From an uncultured Bacteroidales bacterium (GTDB lineage: Bacteria; Bacteroidota; Bacteroidia; Bacteroidales; UBA4417), in contig CAISRK010000473.1 in the NCBI GenBank assembly GCA_903887815.1, positions 1-48,859 of the forward strand: a DNA stretch of 48,859 nt, in the 5' to 3' direction. The translations under genes and the position numbers were made by a program. Under the pieces are notes generated by a model, which did no database searches, was not told the DNA's origin, and was given only the letters and a program-made list of their open reading frames with translations. Of this stretch, positions 8,907 through 17,652 are shown piece by piece. Within the stretch, counting starts at the first letter, position 1, and every line of letters starts with the position of its first letter.

Positions 8907-11900
8907 ATGAAGAATATGGTATTATATGAGTTTAAATCTTTACTCAGGTTCCACGCCCGGAAAGTGTGGTTATTCTGTTTTACAGTACTCATTTTAACTA
9001 CTACCATTCATGCATTTGCAGAGGGAACGCGGCAGTTTGAACCCACCGGAGCCCCGATGCGTTCCTATTGCAAAATAGCATTAACCCGTAACACTGCCGA
9101 CAGCAGGATTCCATTTGGTTTGATCAATTGTGCTGTTGAATACCGGCTAAATATCCACATCAAAGATTTTACTGCTGAAAAAATCTATCTTGGGGTTGGT
9201 GATATTATCGACTATTATGACAATGCCTTACTATACAATGACTTAAGTTACCAGATTAAGGATCCAAACGGGAATGTACTTCCGGGGTTTTCGCTCAGGC
9301 CTCTGCCAAATAATATAAACCAATCCGGTTATATTGCTACAAACAGCGAAGCTTTGAGCGGGCCTGATATCAATAATTCGAACCCGTCAGGTTATGAACC
9401 TATCGTGATAACTCCATCGATGAACGGTGATTATATACTTGAATTTTCATTACCTGGAAATGATGAAAAAACGATGCGAATCATCAATTATATTGATGTT
9501 ACTGTTGCTAACGGGATTACACCCATCAACGGGCGCCTCTGGAGTAAAGCCTGGCAGCTCAGTTCGGGCAATGTGGATGCCGATGTGAGGGCAACGTACA
9601 CCCTGTTTTATGTGTACTCCAGCGACAGTGTGGTAACGCGCTTCGACTGCAACGGCCTGGCAGGTGGAGTGTGGGCCATATACAGCAACGAATGGGGATG
9701 CGGCACCAGCGGAACATGGAATAACAACCGCCGTTCTATTGTGGGTAATGCAACCGTGGAGCCACAGCATAAAATATTCCTTAATGATCCGGATCCGCCG
9801 GCATATCCTTCGGGTCATATAGGCGAAATGATTGATTTTAAAATACTTCCATCTGATTGTGATACTGTAGTTACGTTCTGGACAAATGTCAGTAAAGGGG
9901 GTAACATTGAGGTAACCATCGATGTTCCACCCTATAATCCTATTACACCAGGCCCCGAAGATGTTCAACTCGGATACAGTGTATCATCGGGTCAAAATAC
10001 CCTGCTACCTGCCTGGAATGGTAAAAACGCCCTGGGAATTCCCGTTCCCAACGGGACGGCGGTGGAAGCACACATACGTTTCCTGAACGGCTTATCGAAT
10101 ATCCCGCTCTTCGATGTGGAAGATAACCCGAACGGGTTTAAAGTGGATATTCAGCGGCCCGTCCCGGTCACAGGTTCCACCCGGCTGCGGATTTTCTGGG
10201 ACGACATGCTTTTACCACCTGCCTTTTCACCAACCAGGAATGTGACAACCGGATGCGAATATACCGGAACGGATCCCTATTCAGGTTGTCATCCATGGAA
10301 CTATATTCAGGGTGGCTTTAATCTTGGCGATCTCAATACGATTAATTCCTGGTGGTATTTTATTACAAACGAAATCCTGTCGATACCAATAACAATCAAA
10401 CTGGGCCCGTCGAAAGGGTTAATTTCCGGACCGAAAAATATTTGCTCGGCCCAGGTGGTGACTTTCCGTACAAAGAGCATTCCTTTCGCACAACAATACA
10501 TATGGCATATAGAGGGGCCGGGATATTCGGCTGATTTTGTAAAGTCAGCTCCCGATACAACTTTCAGTCATGATTTTAACCTGGCAATGCCTGCAGGTGC
10601 TTATGTGGTTTCGGTTTTCGGTAAAAATCCACAGTGCGGCTCAGGCGAGAAGGTTTTTTACGGCACATATCTTAGTAGCGACAAGCCTCCGCCCGTTAGC
10701 GGGGAATCATCGGTATGTGATAAAGCCACGTATCAATATACAATACCGGGGTCCTATTCCAGCACCCAGTGGAGTTTACATAACGGTGAAATTGTTAGTC
10801 AGCCCGGCGCCAATCCCGTTACAATCCACTGGAATACCGTCGGAGCCGATACGTTAAGGGTGCTTGCAACCAATGCCGACTGCGGCACAAGGTTATCGAT
10901 AATTCCGGTTTTAGTACATCCTTCGGCTAAAGCAGGATTTTTTGCCAAAAACGAAGGAACAAGTTGCCCGGGGCTTCCGGTTCATTTTACTGACACATCC
11001 TCGGTAGTATCAGGCAGTCTTGTTTCGCGTTACTGGGATTGGGGCAACAGTGGTTTTCACGACGGGAACGATATCCTGGCTGATTATGCATATACTGCTA
11101 CCGGAACTTATACCGTTAAGCTGAAAGTTACTACCGATAAAGGTTGTACTACCGAAACATCGCAGCAGGTAAAAATTATCCCTTATCCCGAAGCCTCATT
11201 TTCGTACTACCGGAATTGTGTGTCGCAACCTGTACAACTTACCGACAACTCAACCGGAACGGATATAAATTCATGGAAATGGGACTTTGGCCCTGCTGCT
11301 GTTACTTCTGCCAATACAGGATCGAGGCAGCCCGAAGCCGTGTTCCCACTCACCGGTACCTATCCTGTGAGCCTGGTGATTTCAAACCGGTTCGGTTGTA
11401 CCGATACTGTAGTTAAACAACTAACTATTCATCAGCTGCCGGTGGCCGGGTTTGTGAACGAATTCCCCTGCCAGGGAACAAGCCTGCTGTTTACTGATAA
11501 GAGTATTGAGGCCGATACCCTGCTGAAACAATTTTCGTGGGAATCGATATCCGCCAAGGGAGAGCGTAGTATCGTAACCGGCAATCCGGCACTTTTGCGT
11601 TTCAACGAGGCCCTGGATTATATTGTAAACCTAAAGGTAACCGATGCTTATGATTGTTTCGATACCGTATCATCTGTAATCGATGTGAAACCAAAACCGG
11701 AATGTTCATTTTCCTATTCGGTCGTGCCCAACGGTATACTCCTGTTTAACAATACATCCTCCGGTGCAGAGCATTATTACTGGAATTTCGGAAACGGGGA
11801 AAATTCAGATATCGCGGAGCCTGAAACCACTTTTAACTCCGAAGGCGATTATTCCATCATGCTTATAGGAACCAGCAGCGATGGCTGTATTGATACAGCT

Positions 11901-12209
11901 ATAGTTCAATATTCCTATTTACCCGGCTTATGGATGCCTGATGCTTTTTCTCCTGATAATAACGCTAAAAATGATATTTTCAGACCTGTTACACAGCGTA
12001 CCACACTCGATCCTTATCAACTGCTGATATACAACCATTGGGGACAGCTTATCTTCAAAAGCACCAGTTTTTCCGAGGGCTGGGATGGGACCTATAACGG
12101 TGAGCCCTGCCCTATTGGTAATTATACTTACTATATACAATACAGGGAAGCCGGTAAAGACAACACCAACACTGTTATCCAACGCGGGGTGGTTCGGTTG
12201 ATACGATGA
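8907..12209 (+). CDS. Large secreted PKD/Ig-repeat protein with gliding-motility-type (T9SS type-B) C-terminal sorting domain
   Basis: Signal peptide. The first ~500 aa have no motif I recognise. Several PKD-like repeats follow (WDWGN...GTYTVKLKVTTDKGC; WKWDFGP...GTYPVSLVISNRFGC; YWNFGNGE...GDYSIMLIGTSSDGC). C-terminal CHU_C-like domain (WMPDAFSPDNNAKNDIFRP...WGQLIF...GWDGTYNG). Confidence 0.8.
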   Translation: MKNMVLYEFKSLLRFHARKVWLFCFTVLILTTTIHAFAEGTRQFEPTGAPMRSYCKIALTRNTADSRIPFGLINCAVEYRLNIHIKDFTAEKIYLGVGDIIDYYDNALLYNDLSYQIKDPNGNVLPGFSLRPLPNNINQSGYIATNSEALSGPDINNSNPSGYEPIVITPSMNGDYILEFSLPGNDEKTMRIINYIDVTVANGITPINGRLWSKAWQLSSGNVDADVRATYTLFYVYSSDSVVTRFDCNGLAGGVWAIYSNEWGCGTSGTWNNNRRSIVGNATVEPQHKIFLNDPDPPAYPSGHIGEMIDFKILPSDCDTVVTFWTNVSKGGNIEVTIDVPPYNPITPGPEDVQLGYSVSSGQNTLLPAWNGKNALGIPVPNGTAVEAHIRFLNGLSNIPLFDVEDNPNGFKVDIQRPVPVTGSTRLRIFWDDMLLPPAFSPTRNVTTGCEYTGTDPYSGCHPWNYIQGGFNLGDLNTINSWWYFITNEILSIPITIKLGPSKGLISGPKNICSAQVVTFRTKSIPFAQQYIWHIEGPGYSADFVKSAPDTTFSHDFNLAMPAGAYVVSVFGKNPQCGSGEKVFYGTYLSSDKPPPVSGESSVCDKATYQYTIPGSYSSTQWSLHNGEIVSQPGANPVTIHWNTVGADTLRVLATNADCGTRLSIIPVLVHPSAKAGFFAKNEGTSCPGLPVHFTDTSSVVSGSLVSRYWDWGNSGFHDGNDILADYAYTATGTYTVKLKVTTDKGCTTETSQQVKIIPYPEASFSYYRNCVSQPVQLTDNSTGTDINSWKWDFGPAAVTSANTGSRQPEAVFPLTGTYPVSLVISNRFGCTDTVVKQLTIHQLPVAGFVNEFPCQGTSLLFTDKSIEADTLLKQFSWESISAKGERSIVTGNPALLRFNEALDYIVNLKVTDAYDCFDTVSSVIDVKPKPECSFSYSVVPNGILLFNNTSSGAEHYYWNFGNGENSDIAEPETTFNSEGDYSIMLIGTSSDGCIDTAIVQYSYLPGLWMPDAFSPDNNAKNDIFRPVTQRTTLDPYQLLIYNHWGQLIFKSTSFSEGWDGTYNGEPCPIGNYTYYIQYREAGKDNTNTVIQRGVVRLIR

Positions 12210-12330
12210 ACAGGAGGTTAAAAATCAAGCCTGAAATTCCGGGGCCTGGAAGAATAGAACACTAAATGTCGATCAGCAACAATAAGTTAAAAGGAAACCT
12301 TCGAAGACATTAAACCATTGAACCAAAAAC

Positions 12331-12362
12331 CAATCAACCTATCAACACATCAACTTATCAAC
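12331..12362. repeat. 4 x 8-bp tandem repeat NNATCAAC
   Basis: caatcaac ctatcaac acatcaac ttatcaac, read directly. Confidence 0.8.
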
Positions 12363-12488
12363 AATAAGAAAGACCCAAGTCCCATCCGCCTGAGGCGGAC
12401 CAAGAACCAAATTCCAATTTCCAGGTCCCGATTTCGAATTTTGTCTGCCTGAATCGTTTAAAATTCCTGCAATCCGGCAACCGGCCAT

Positions 12489-12647
12489 CAGTGCTCAGTG
12501 CCAAGTGCCCAGTACCCAGCAACCAGCTACCAGTAATCAGTTATCAGAGCTCCGTGCCGAGCAACCAGCAACCAAATGCCAGCTACCAGAAACCAGCTTA
12601 CCAGAAACCAGAAACCAGAAACACAAAACTCAGATTCCAGGAATCAG
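12489..12647. repeat. About 22-unit degenerate heptamer array (CAGTGCY then NWACCAG)
   Basis: cagtgct cagtgcc aagtgcc cagtacc ... caaccag ctaccag taatcag ttatcag ... aaaccag aaaccag ... attccag gaatcag. The array runs into the stop codon (12644-12646) of the DUF2235 gene. Confidence 0.8.
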
Positions 12648-13684
12648 AGCGGATTTCGTTTGAAATAATCAACCAGGTTAGCCGGCCGGTAATTTTTATC
12701 TTTTGTATATCGTTCGATAACTGAGGGATGCAGCCGTTCGTTGGTATTTCCTGAGCCAGATTCAATGATCCCTATTGGACGGAAATATTTAGGCATAAAT
12801 TTATAAAACCCGGTATACGACTCGTGTCCTGCTGCCAGAGGATCCGGCCCGGAAAGTATATTTTCGAAGTTAAGACGACAGGCCTTTGCATTTCCTATCA
12901 TCCACTGCAGAGCAATATCCGAAAGACCGTTTTCGTTTTCGGCATATCCTCCGCCCACATCGGAATGCACACCGGCAAACCAAACCTGTTCCAGAACCTG
13001 TCCGCTGATATCAGGCTGCTGATGCCATAAGGTTGCTTCGAAGTTTTTTCGTTTCTCATCAATTGACAGTGCATGAAATGCATTATCAACATACGATGAC
13101 AAATCGGTATCGTGAAACTGGTTCTTTTTACTGAGCGTTCCGTTAAGGATAAGCGGATTCCCTAAAGCACCTACAGTGTCCCAGACACCGATAAACCGGA
13201 TTCGTGTTGTTTCCTCCACGGCATAGGTCTTACGGAAAAGGGTCGCTTCCGCTTCACGCGGGTGCATTCCCGCCTTCCGTGAATGGTAAATAGCGTAAGC
13301 CCTGTTCACCTGGTCGAGATTTTCTTTTTTCAGAATACCCGAATTCCGGATCAGCCCTGACAAACTTCGTACTGTAAAAGCTCCCCGGCTGAAACCGAAG
13401 AGGAAGAGTTCATCACCTTTTTCGTAGGTATTGATAATGAAACGGTAAGCCTGCAAAATATTTTCCGAAATCCCAGTTCCGGTAGCACCATCATACACCC
13501 GTTTCAGCGCACCCCCTTCACTTCCAATCCCGGTATCATAAAAGAGCAGTTGCGATGCTCCGTCGGATGAGTATTCCCCCAGGGCATTTGCCATTTTAAC
13601 TACATTGGTCAGGCAACGTTTCCCGTTTTCCATCTTGTCGGGCGTGTTCCAGGTGCCGTCGCAAAAAATTGCGATTCGTTTCAT
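12644..13684 (-). CDS. DUF2235 alpha/beta-hydrolase (Tle1-family phospholipase-like)
   Basis: N-terminus MKRIAIFCDGTWNTPD, GxSxG nucleophile elbow in LFGFSRGAFT, and WFAGVHSDVGGGY. All three are family hallmarks. No signal peptide. Confidence 0.85.
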   Translation of the reverse strand: MKRIAIFCDGTWNTPDKMENGKRCLTNVVKMANALGEYSSDGASQLLFYDTGIGSEGGALKRVYDGATGTGISENILQAYRFIINTYEKGDELFLFGFSRGAFTVRSLSGLIRNSGILKKENLDQVNRAYAIYHSRKAGMHPREAEATLFRKTYAVEETTRIRFIGVWDTVGALGNPLILNGTLSKKNQFHDTDLSSYVDNAFHALSIDEKRKNFEATLWHQQPDISGQVLEQVWFAGVHSDVGGGYAENENGLSDIALQWMIGNAKACRLNFENILSGPDPLAAGHESYTGFYKFMPKYFRPIGIIESGSGNTNERLHPSVIERYTKDKNYRPANLVDYFKRNPL

Positions 13685-13761
13685 GAGTTGAGTGTTTATT
13701 GCTGGGTACAGTGTGATTAGTGCTGAGTGCCGGATGCAGATTGCCAGTTACTGGCAGGAAT
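13685..13761. repeat. About 11-unit degenerate heptamer array related to the 12489-12647 array
   Basis: gagttga gtgttta ttgctgg gtacagt gtgatta gtgctga gtgccgg atgcaga ttgccag ttactgg. It shares agtgctSagtgcc (direct) and gctgggtac/gtacccagc (inverted) with the array on the other side of the DUF2235 gene. Confidence 0.7.
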
Positions 13762-13780
13762 TTAGATTTTTAGCAGCGTG

Positions 13781-14116
13781 CTAAATTTTAATGAGGCTGA
13801 AAACAGTACTTGTAATGATATCGAGCAAACCGGCCTTGAATTCATCAGCTTTAATCATGGCCAGGCCAGCCTGTTTCAAGGCATTCATCTCGATAAGTTC
13901 CTTTTGCGCCAATACCAGGAATTCGAAATCAGCCTTCGACAATTCGCCTGATGCCAGCTGTATGGTCCAGTTTTCGAGATTATGCTTTAGCTGATCCAGC
14001 AGGCTCAGCGCATCAGTTTTGGCTGCCTCTTTGTATTCCTTGAATGTGGCAATAGCCAGTTCGGTAACCTTGGTTTTCAGGGTTTCCAGTATGGGTTTAA
14101 AAATATCGTTGGGCAT
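13781..14116 (-). CDS. Hypothetical small helical protein
   Basis: 111-aa ORF co-directional with its neighbours. Charged, amphipathic helical composition. No signal peptide and no motif recognised. Confidence 0.55.
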   Translation of the reverse strand: MPNDIFKPILETLKTKVTELAIATFKEYKEAAKTDALSLLDQLKHNLENWTIQLASGELSKADFEFLVLAQKELIEMNALKQAGLAMIKADEFKAGLLDIITSTVFSLIKI

Positions 14117-14254
14117 AGGTTTGAATTTTTATCTCTTATGTTTGTTATTAGAACTTTACGGTCGCTATTGGCTCTTTCCGAAATTTCGACAGTATATTTT
14201 CTTTGATTAATCAAATCTCAGTAGTGATGATTGTATTAAAAAGGAATACTCCGG

Positions 14255-14701
14255 CTATTTCACTTCCGATGGTTTGATTTTTTTACTTTCCAGTCCCGAG
14301 ATCTGGTCGAAAGCGCCGGCAACAAGTTTCTTTTCTTCCGAAATGAAGGCCTTCCCTAGTGTTTTTTCTTTTTCCCATCGCACCAGGAATCCACCCAAGA
14401 GGTGTCCTTCCGGATCCAGGAGCTTGTCCCACAGTTTTATAGTAATCTCATTTTTCGGCCTGTTCTTTTCATATTCGTATACCTTCTGAAGTTTGGTTTT
14501 CAAATCCTGTGCAGCAACCTTGTTCGTGTCATAATTTTCTTTGGCAAGATCCATCACATTCAAAGCATCGACCTTAACGGAGGTAGTCTGCGCATAGGCA
14601 TACTGATCGAACGATGTAATTGAACTGCAGGAGGAATATATCAGCAAAAGGATTACAATCGATGCATTCAGCATCCTCTTTGGAAATTTACTGTTTTTCA
14701 T
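14255..14701 (-). CDS. Hypothetical lipoprotein
   Basis: 148-aa ORF with signal peptide and lipobox (LLLIYSSCSS). No known domain recognised. Confidence 0.65.
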   Translation of the reverse strand: MKNSKFPKRMLNASIVILLLIYSSCSSITSFDQYAYAQTTSVKVDALNVMDLAKENYDTNKVAAQDLKTKLQKVYEYEKNRPKNEITIKLWDKLLDPEGHLLGGFLVRWEKEKTLGKAFISEEKKLVAGAFDQISGLESKKIKPSEVK

Positions 14702-14767
14702 TTTAATTGATTTAAGAATTTAAATTCTGTAATAAAATGATGACTTAGTTACAAGGGATTGTTGATG

Positions 14768-15295
14768 TTATTTTTCACTTACTTTCCGGTTCCGCAACCG
14801 GCGGATGAGCAGAGCAATCTGAAGCAGAACGTAAAGTATAGGTTTCAACAACCAGAATCCGGCCCTTTTCCCGAAAAAAAATGCCAGTGCAGCAGTTGTA
14901 ACTAAAGGAAGTGAATTCCGGATTCCGGCCAGTATATCGTTACCTGCAAACATATTGCAAAAACCCGCTGATTGGCATGAAACATAAATGCCAGCGAAAA
15001 CCAGGTAAAGTGCCCAGACAATACTTTTAGGCAAAAGCGTCAAGCCGTTCAGTTTCTGCCTGAATGTTTGCATGGCTGAATTCATTTGCTGTTCAATAAG
15101 CAGGTCGGATTGTATCAGGCTGATCATATTGCCGCCAGCTGCGATTTTATTTTTCGGTGAAAAAAAAACAAGAATATCGCCGCAAATATTTCCACGCACC
15201 TGGAAACATACAGTATCTCCTTCGGCCATGCTTTGGATTTCGCCTGTATGCATGATTTCCCTGTATGCCCTGTACGCTTCGACAAAAACTTTCAC
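14768..15295 (-). CDS. Hypothetical membrane protein (soluble ~85-aa N-domain + 3 predicted TM helices)
   Basis: 175-aa ORF. Its ATG overlaps the upstream stop (ATGA at 15292-15295). Hydrophobic segments IVWALYLVFAGIYV, LPLVTTAALAFFFG and ILYVLLQIALLI, followed by a basic tail. Confidence 0.65.
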   Translation of the reverse strand: MKVFVEAYRAYREIMHTGEIQSMAEGDTVCFQVRGNICGDILVFFSPKNKIAAGGNMISLIQSDLLIEQQMNSAMQTFRQKLNGLTLLPKSIVWALYLVFAGIYVSCQSAGFCNMFAGNDILAGIRNSLPLVTTAALAFFFGKRAGFWLLKPILYVLLQIALLIRRLRNRKVSEK

Positions 15296-16098
15296 GATTT
15301 TGTTCCTTTCGGATTAAAAATGCCCAGAATACTTTCGCCCAGCTTAACCACAACCTGAATAAGCGACTTCCAATACTCAACCGAAATGGAAATGGATTGC
15401 TGGTGTACCTGGTGGATAATCGTTATAGGTTGTTCGGCAAAGGATTTCGAAATACGCGTTGTAACGTCCCCGTCCATACCGATAACGGTTTGAATTAACA
15501 CCTGCTCCGTGCCAATATCATTGGCTTTCTTAATAACCATCAGTTGCCTCAGGTCCAGGTTTAGTTCATACGCATCGGCCTTACTGGCGGGCATATTCCT
15601 GAACTCTTTTACATTATCGGCATTATCGAAGTTGAAAGCGGTATTTTCCCTGAAAAGGTCAACGCCTTCCATTTTCAGAATACGCCTGATATCGTCGCAT
15701 ATGTTATGAATCCGCTGCAGCATCATAATGTCGGAATTCAGTGTATCGTCAGGAATCCGGATCATCGCTTTATTTTCATTTAGCTTAGTAATTGAACTTT
15801 CGGCCCTGTCGCTTAATTCCTTAAAGGAATTATATCCTGATCCGGCATAAACACTTTCGCCCCTGAATGGATTAACAGCACTGGAACTACCCGGCTGCAG
15901 GAATGCATTATACTTGTCACCAAGGCTAAGCAGTTTCAGGTGAAATGTTGTTGCCAACGAATGCAATAAAAGTCGCGGGCTTGCAGGAGCCTTTGAAGCA
16001 CTCATTTCGTCCTTGATAATTGTGTTTATTTCAAGGTGAGTGAGGTCGTAAAGTGTGGAACTGACTTTTGCTTCCAGTTTTTTGGTATCGCCAAACAT
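15292..16098 (-). CDS. Hypothetical protein, enlarged paralogue of the upstream 118-aa protein
   Basis: 268-aa ORF. It shares with the 118-aa ORF an N-terminal motif (LYDLTHLEINTII vs LSNLTRLETNTLV) and a C-terminal motif (IGMDGDVTTRISKSF vs LVTGDITTAMTPKF). Confidence 0.65.
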   Translation of the reverse strand: MFGDTKKLEAKVSSTLYDLTHLEINTIIKDEMSASKAPASPRLLLHSLATTFHLKLLSLGDKYNAFLQPGSSSAVNPFRGESVYAGSGYNSFKELSDRAESSITKLNENKAMIRIPDDTLNSDIMMLQRIHNICDDIRRILKMEGVDLFRENTAFNFDNADNVKEFRNMPASKADAYELNLDLRQLMVIKKANDIGTEQVLIQTVIGMDGDVTTRISKSFAEQPITIIHQVHQQSISISVEYWKSLIQVVVKLGESILGIFNPKGTKS

Positions 16099-16119
16099 AG
16101 CTGTAGGATAAACAAGCGT

Positions 16120-16476
16120 TTATTTACCCGTTTTTTTTGACTCTGCTTCGAAAAAGTCAAGAGCCCCGAGAATTTCCTTCAGTATAGCAATATTTTGACG
16201 TACGATTTCGTGCCCCTGGTTCTCACGGGTAAGGTGAAATTCGCGGAGTTCCTTGTATTCGGTCACGAATTTAGGAGTCATTGCAGTAGTGATATCACCT
16301 GTTACCAGGTTGATTTGTGAGCACATACGGTCTTCAGCACTATCCGTAATAATCGAGGTTTTAATACCTGCTGATTCATTAAATGAATATTTGCCCACGA
16401 GGGTGTTGGTTTCGAGGCGCGTCAGGTTCGAAAGGCTAGCCAGGGCCTCCTTCAGGAATGATTTTTTGTCACTCAT
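16120..16476 (-). CDS. Hypothetical small cytoplasmic protein (first gene of a 3-gene operon)
   Basis: 118-aa ORF, 21 nt upstream of the 268-aa ORF. No signal peptide. See the paralogy motifs listed for 15292-16098. Confidence 0.6.
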   Translation of the reverse strand: MSDKKSFLKEALASLSNLTRLETNTLVGKYSFNESAGIKTSIITDSAEDRMCSQINLVTGDITTAMTPKFVTEYKELREFHLTRENQGHEIVRQNIAILKEILGALDFFEAESKKTGK

Positions 16477-16993
16477 AACTTTAGTTTTTAAGGTTAAACC
16501 AGTTGAACTATTTCGAAATAATAATGAAAAGAACGAAAAGTAATATAGAGTTATATTCAGCTATTCAAATTTACGGCCTATCAGACAAAAGTGTACCGGC
16601 AGGAACGATTTTTTTTACTTAATTTGAATCGCATACCTCTGATAACAGCAACAGGGAAATATAGTTCAATTGCGATAGTAATAGCTGGAACTGCAATACC
16701 AATATGAGGGTTTTCCCCAACACATTAAATACCGAAACTTAACCTCCTGATGGGAAATCCAGGCGCGGAAAAGAACCTATCCGGCTAATAGTATTCAAAA
16801 ATACCGGCAGACCTTATCAACAGCCAAACCTGCATTAAAATCATTTGCCGGAAAGCTGACGGCAATGAATATACGTTCGTCAACTCATATGGGAGTTGCG
16901 ATACCGGTCCGGGAAATCAGGAGGAATTGACGCAGCCAAAAAAGCTGCCACAAACAAAGCGAATAACGCAGTCAGATTAATCAGTTTTCATTT

Positions 16994-17632
16994 TCAGCAC
17001 CCGCCGCCCGACCTGGCTTCTTTTTTAACAGGGGCAACCGATTTTTTCACTGGCATTGCAGGCACAGCTGCCTGGCGGCCATTTGCTGGAGAAGTTAGTG
17101 CTTTTAATGCGAGAGTATCGATTAACGGTGTTTCACTCATTTGAGGTAAACTGAGGGTTACCGAGTCGGAGCTGGCCGGATCGAGCTGGGCATAATTTCC
17201 TGTAAATAAAAGCACATTCTTAAATCCTGTCTGATGGAGCATAAGCCATGGACCGTTTGCCTGCTGTTCGGTTTCGCCATAAAGTATTGCCGTCTGACCC
17301 GCTTTTTCGAGATCACGGAAAACCGACTTATTTTTAGGATCGAATAATTCGCGCACCGGGATATTTACCGCATTTTTAATATGGCCAAGTTCGAAAGCTG
17401 CAGAATTCCGGACATCAATAAATAGGGTCTTACCATCACTGTCCTTAAGCAACAAAGCGGCCTGCTGGGGTGTAATAACCAGCGACTGGTCATTCAGCAG
17501 CTGAAGGCTTTCGGTCGGCGAAAGTACAAATTTCAGATCCGGTCTTCTGAAAGTGATCAAACCGGTAATTATAACCAGTACAATAGCAACCACAACGATT
17601 GTAAGCCGGTTAGTTTTCGATAGCTCGTTCAT
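16994..17632 (-). CDS. Membrane-anchored rhodanese-homology protein lacking the active-site Cys, with C-terminal SGGGC tail
   Basis: N-terminal TM (LTIVVVAIVLVIITGLI). Rhodanese fold motifs (LFIDVRNSAAFELGHIKNAVNIP ... FKNVLLFTGNY). The catalytic-loop position is Gly (ILYGETEQQ). A Lys/Pro/Ala-rich linker ends ...KKEARSGGGC-stop, verified in the DNA (tcg ggc ggc ggg tgc tga on the minus strand). Confidence 0.8.
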   Translation of the reverse strand: MNELSKTNRLTIVVVAIVLVIITGLITFRRPDLKFVLSPTESLQLLNDQSLVITPQQAALLLKDSDGKTLFIDVRNSAAFELGHIKNAVNIPVRELFDPKNKSVFRDLEKAGQTAILYGETEQQANGPWLMLHQTGFKNVLLFTGNYAQLDPASSDSVTLSLPQMSETPLIDTLALKALTSPANGRQAAVPAMPVKKSVAPVKKEARSGGGC

Positions 17633-17652
17633 AAGATATTATTTTATGATTA

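Noticed and set aside
9450-9968. 172-aa minus-strand ORF
   Set aside because: It lies inside and antisense to the 1100-aa PKD protein gene and has no supporting features.
12489-12647. CRISPR array hypothesis for the tandem arrays here and at 13685, 19626 and 40063
   Set aside because: The repeat units are 7-8 bp with no intervening unique spacers, and no cas genes are present. They are microsatellite-like arrays, not CRISPR.
12491-12724. 77-aa plus-strand ORF (QLPVISYQSSVPSNQQPNASYQKPAYQKPETRN...)
   Set aside because: It is simply the translation of the heptamer array (a periodic Q/P/S/N pattern) and then runs antisense into the DUF2235 gene.
12644-16476. Type VI secretion locus, suggested by the Tle1-like DUF2235 gene
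   Set aside because: No Hcp, VgrG, PAAR, TssB/C or other T6SS component is recognisable anywhere in the window. I kept only the weaker effector/immunity-like idea as a finding.
16896-17144. 82-aa plus-strand ORF
   Set aside because: It mostly overlaps, in antisense, the 3' end of the 212-aa rhodanese-like gene. It has an Ala/Gly-rich shadow-frame composition.
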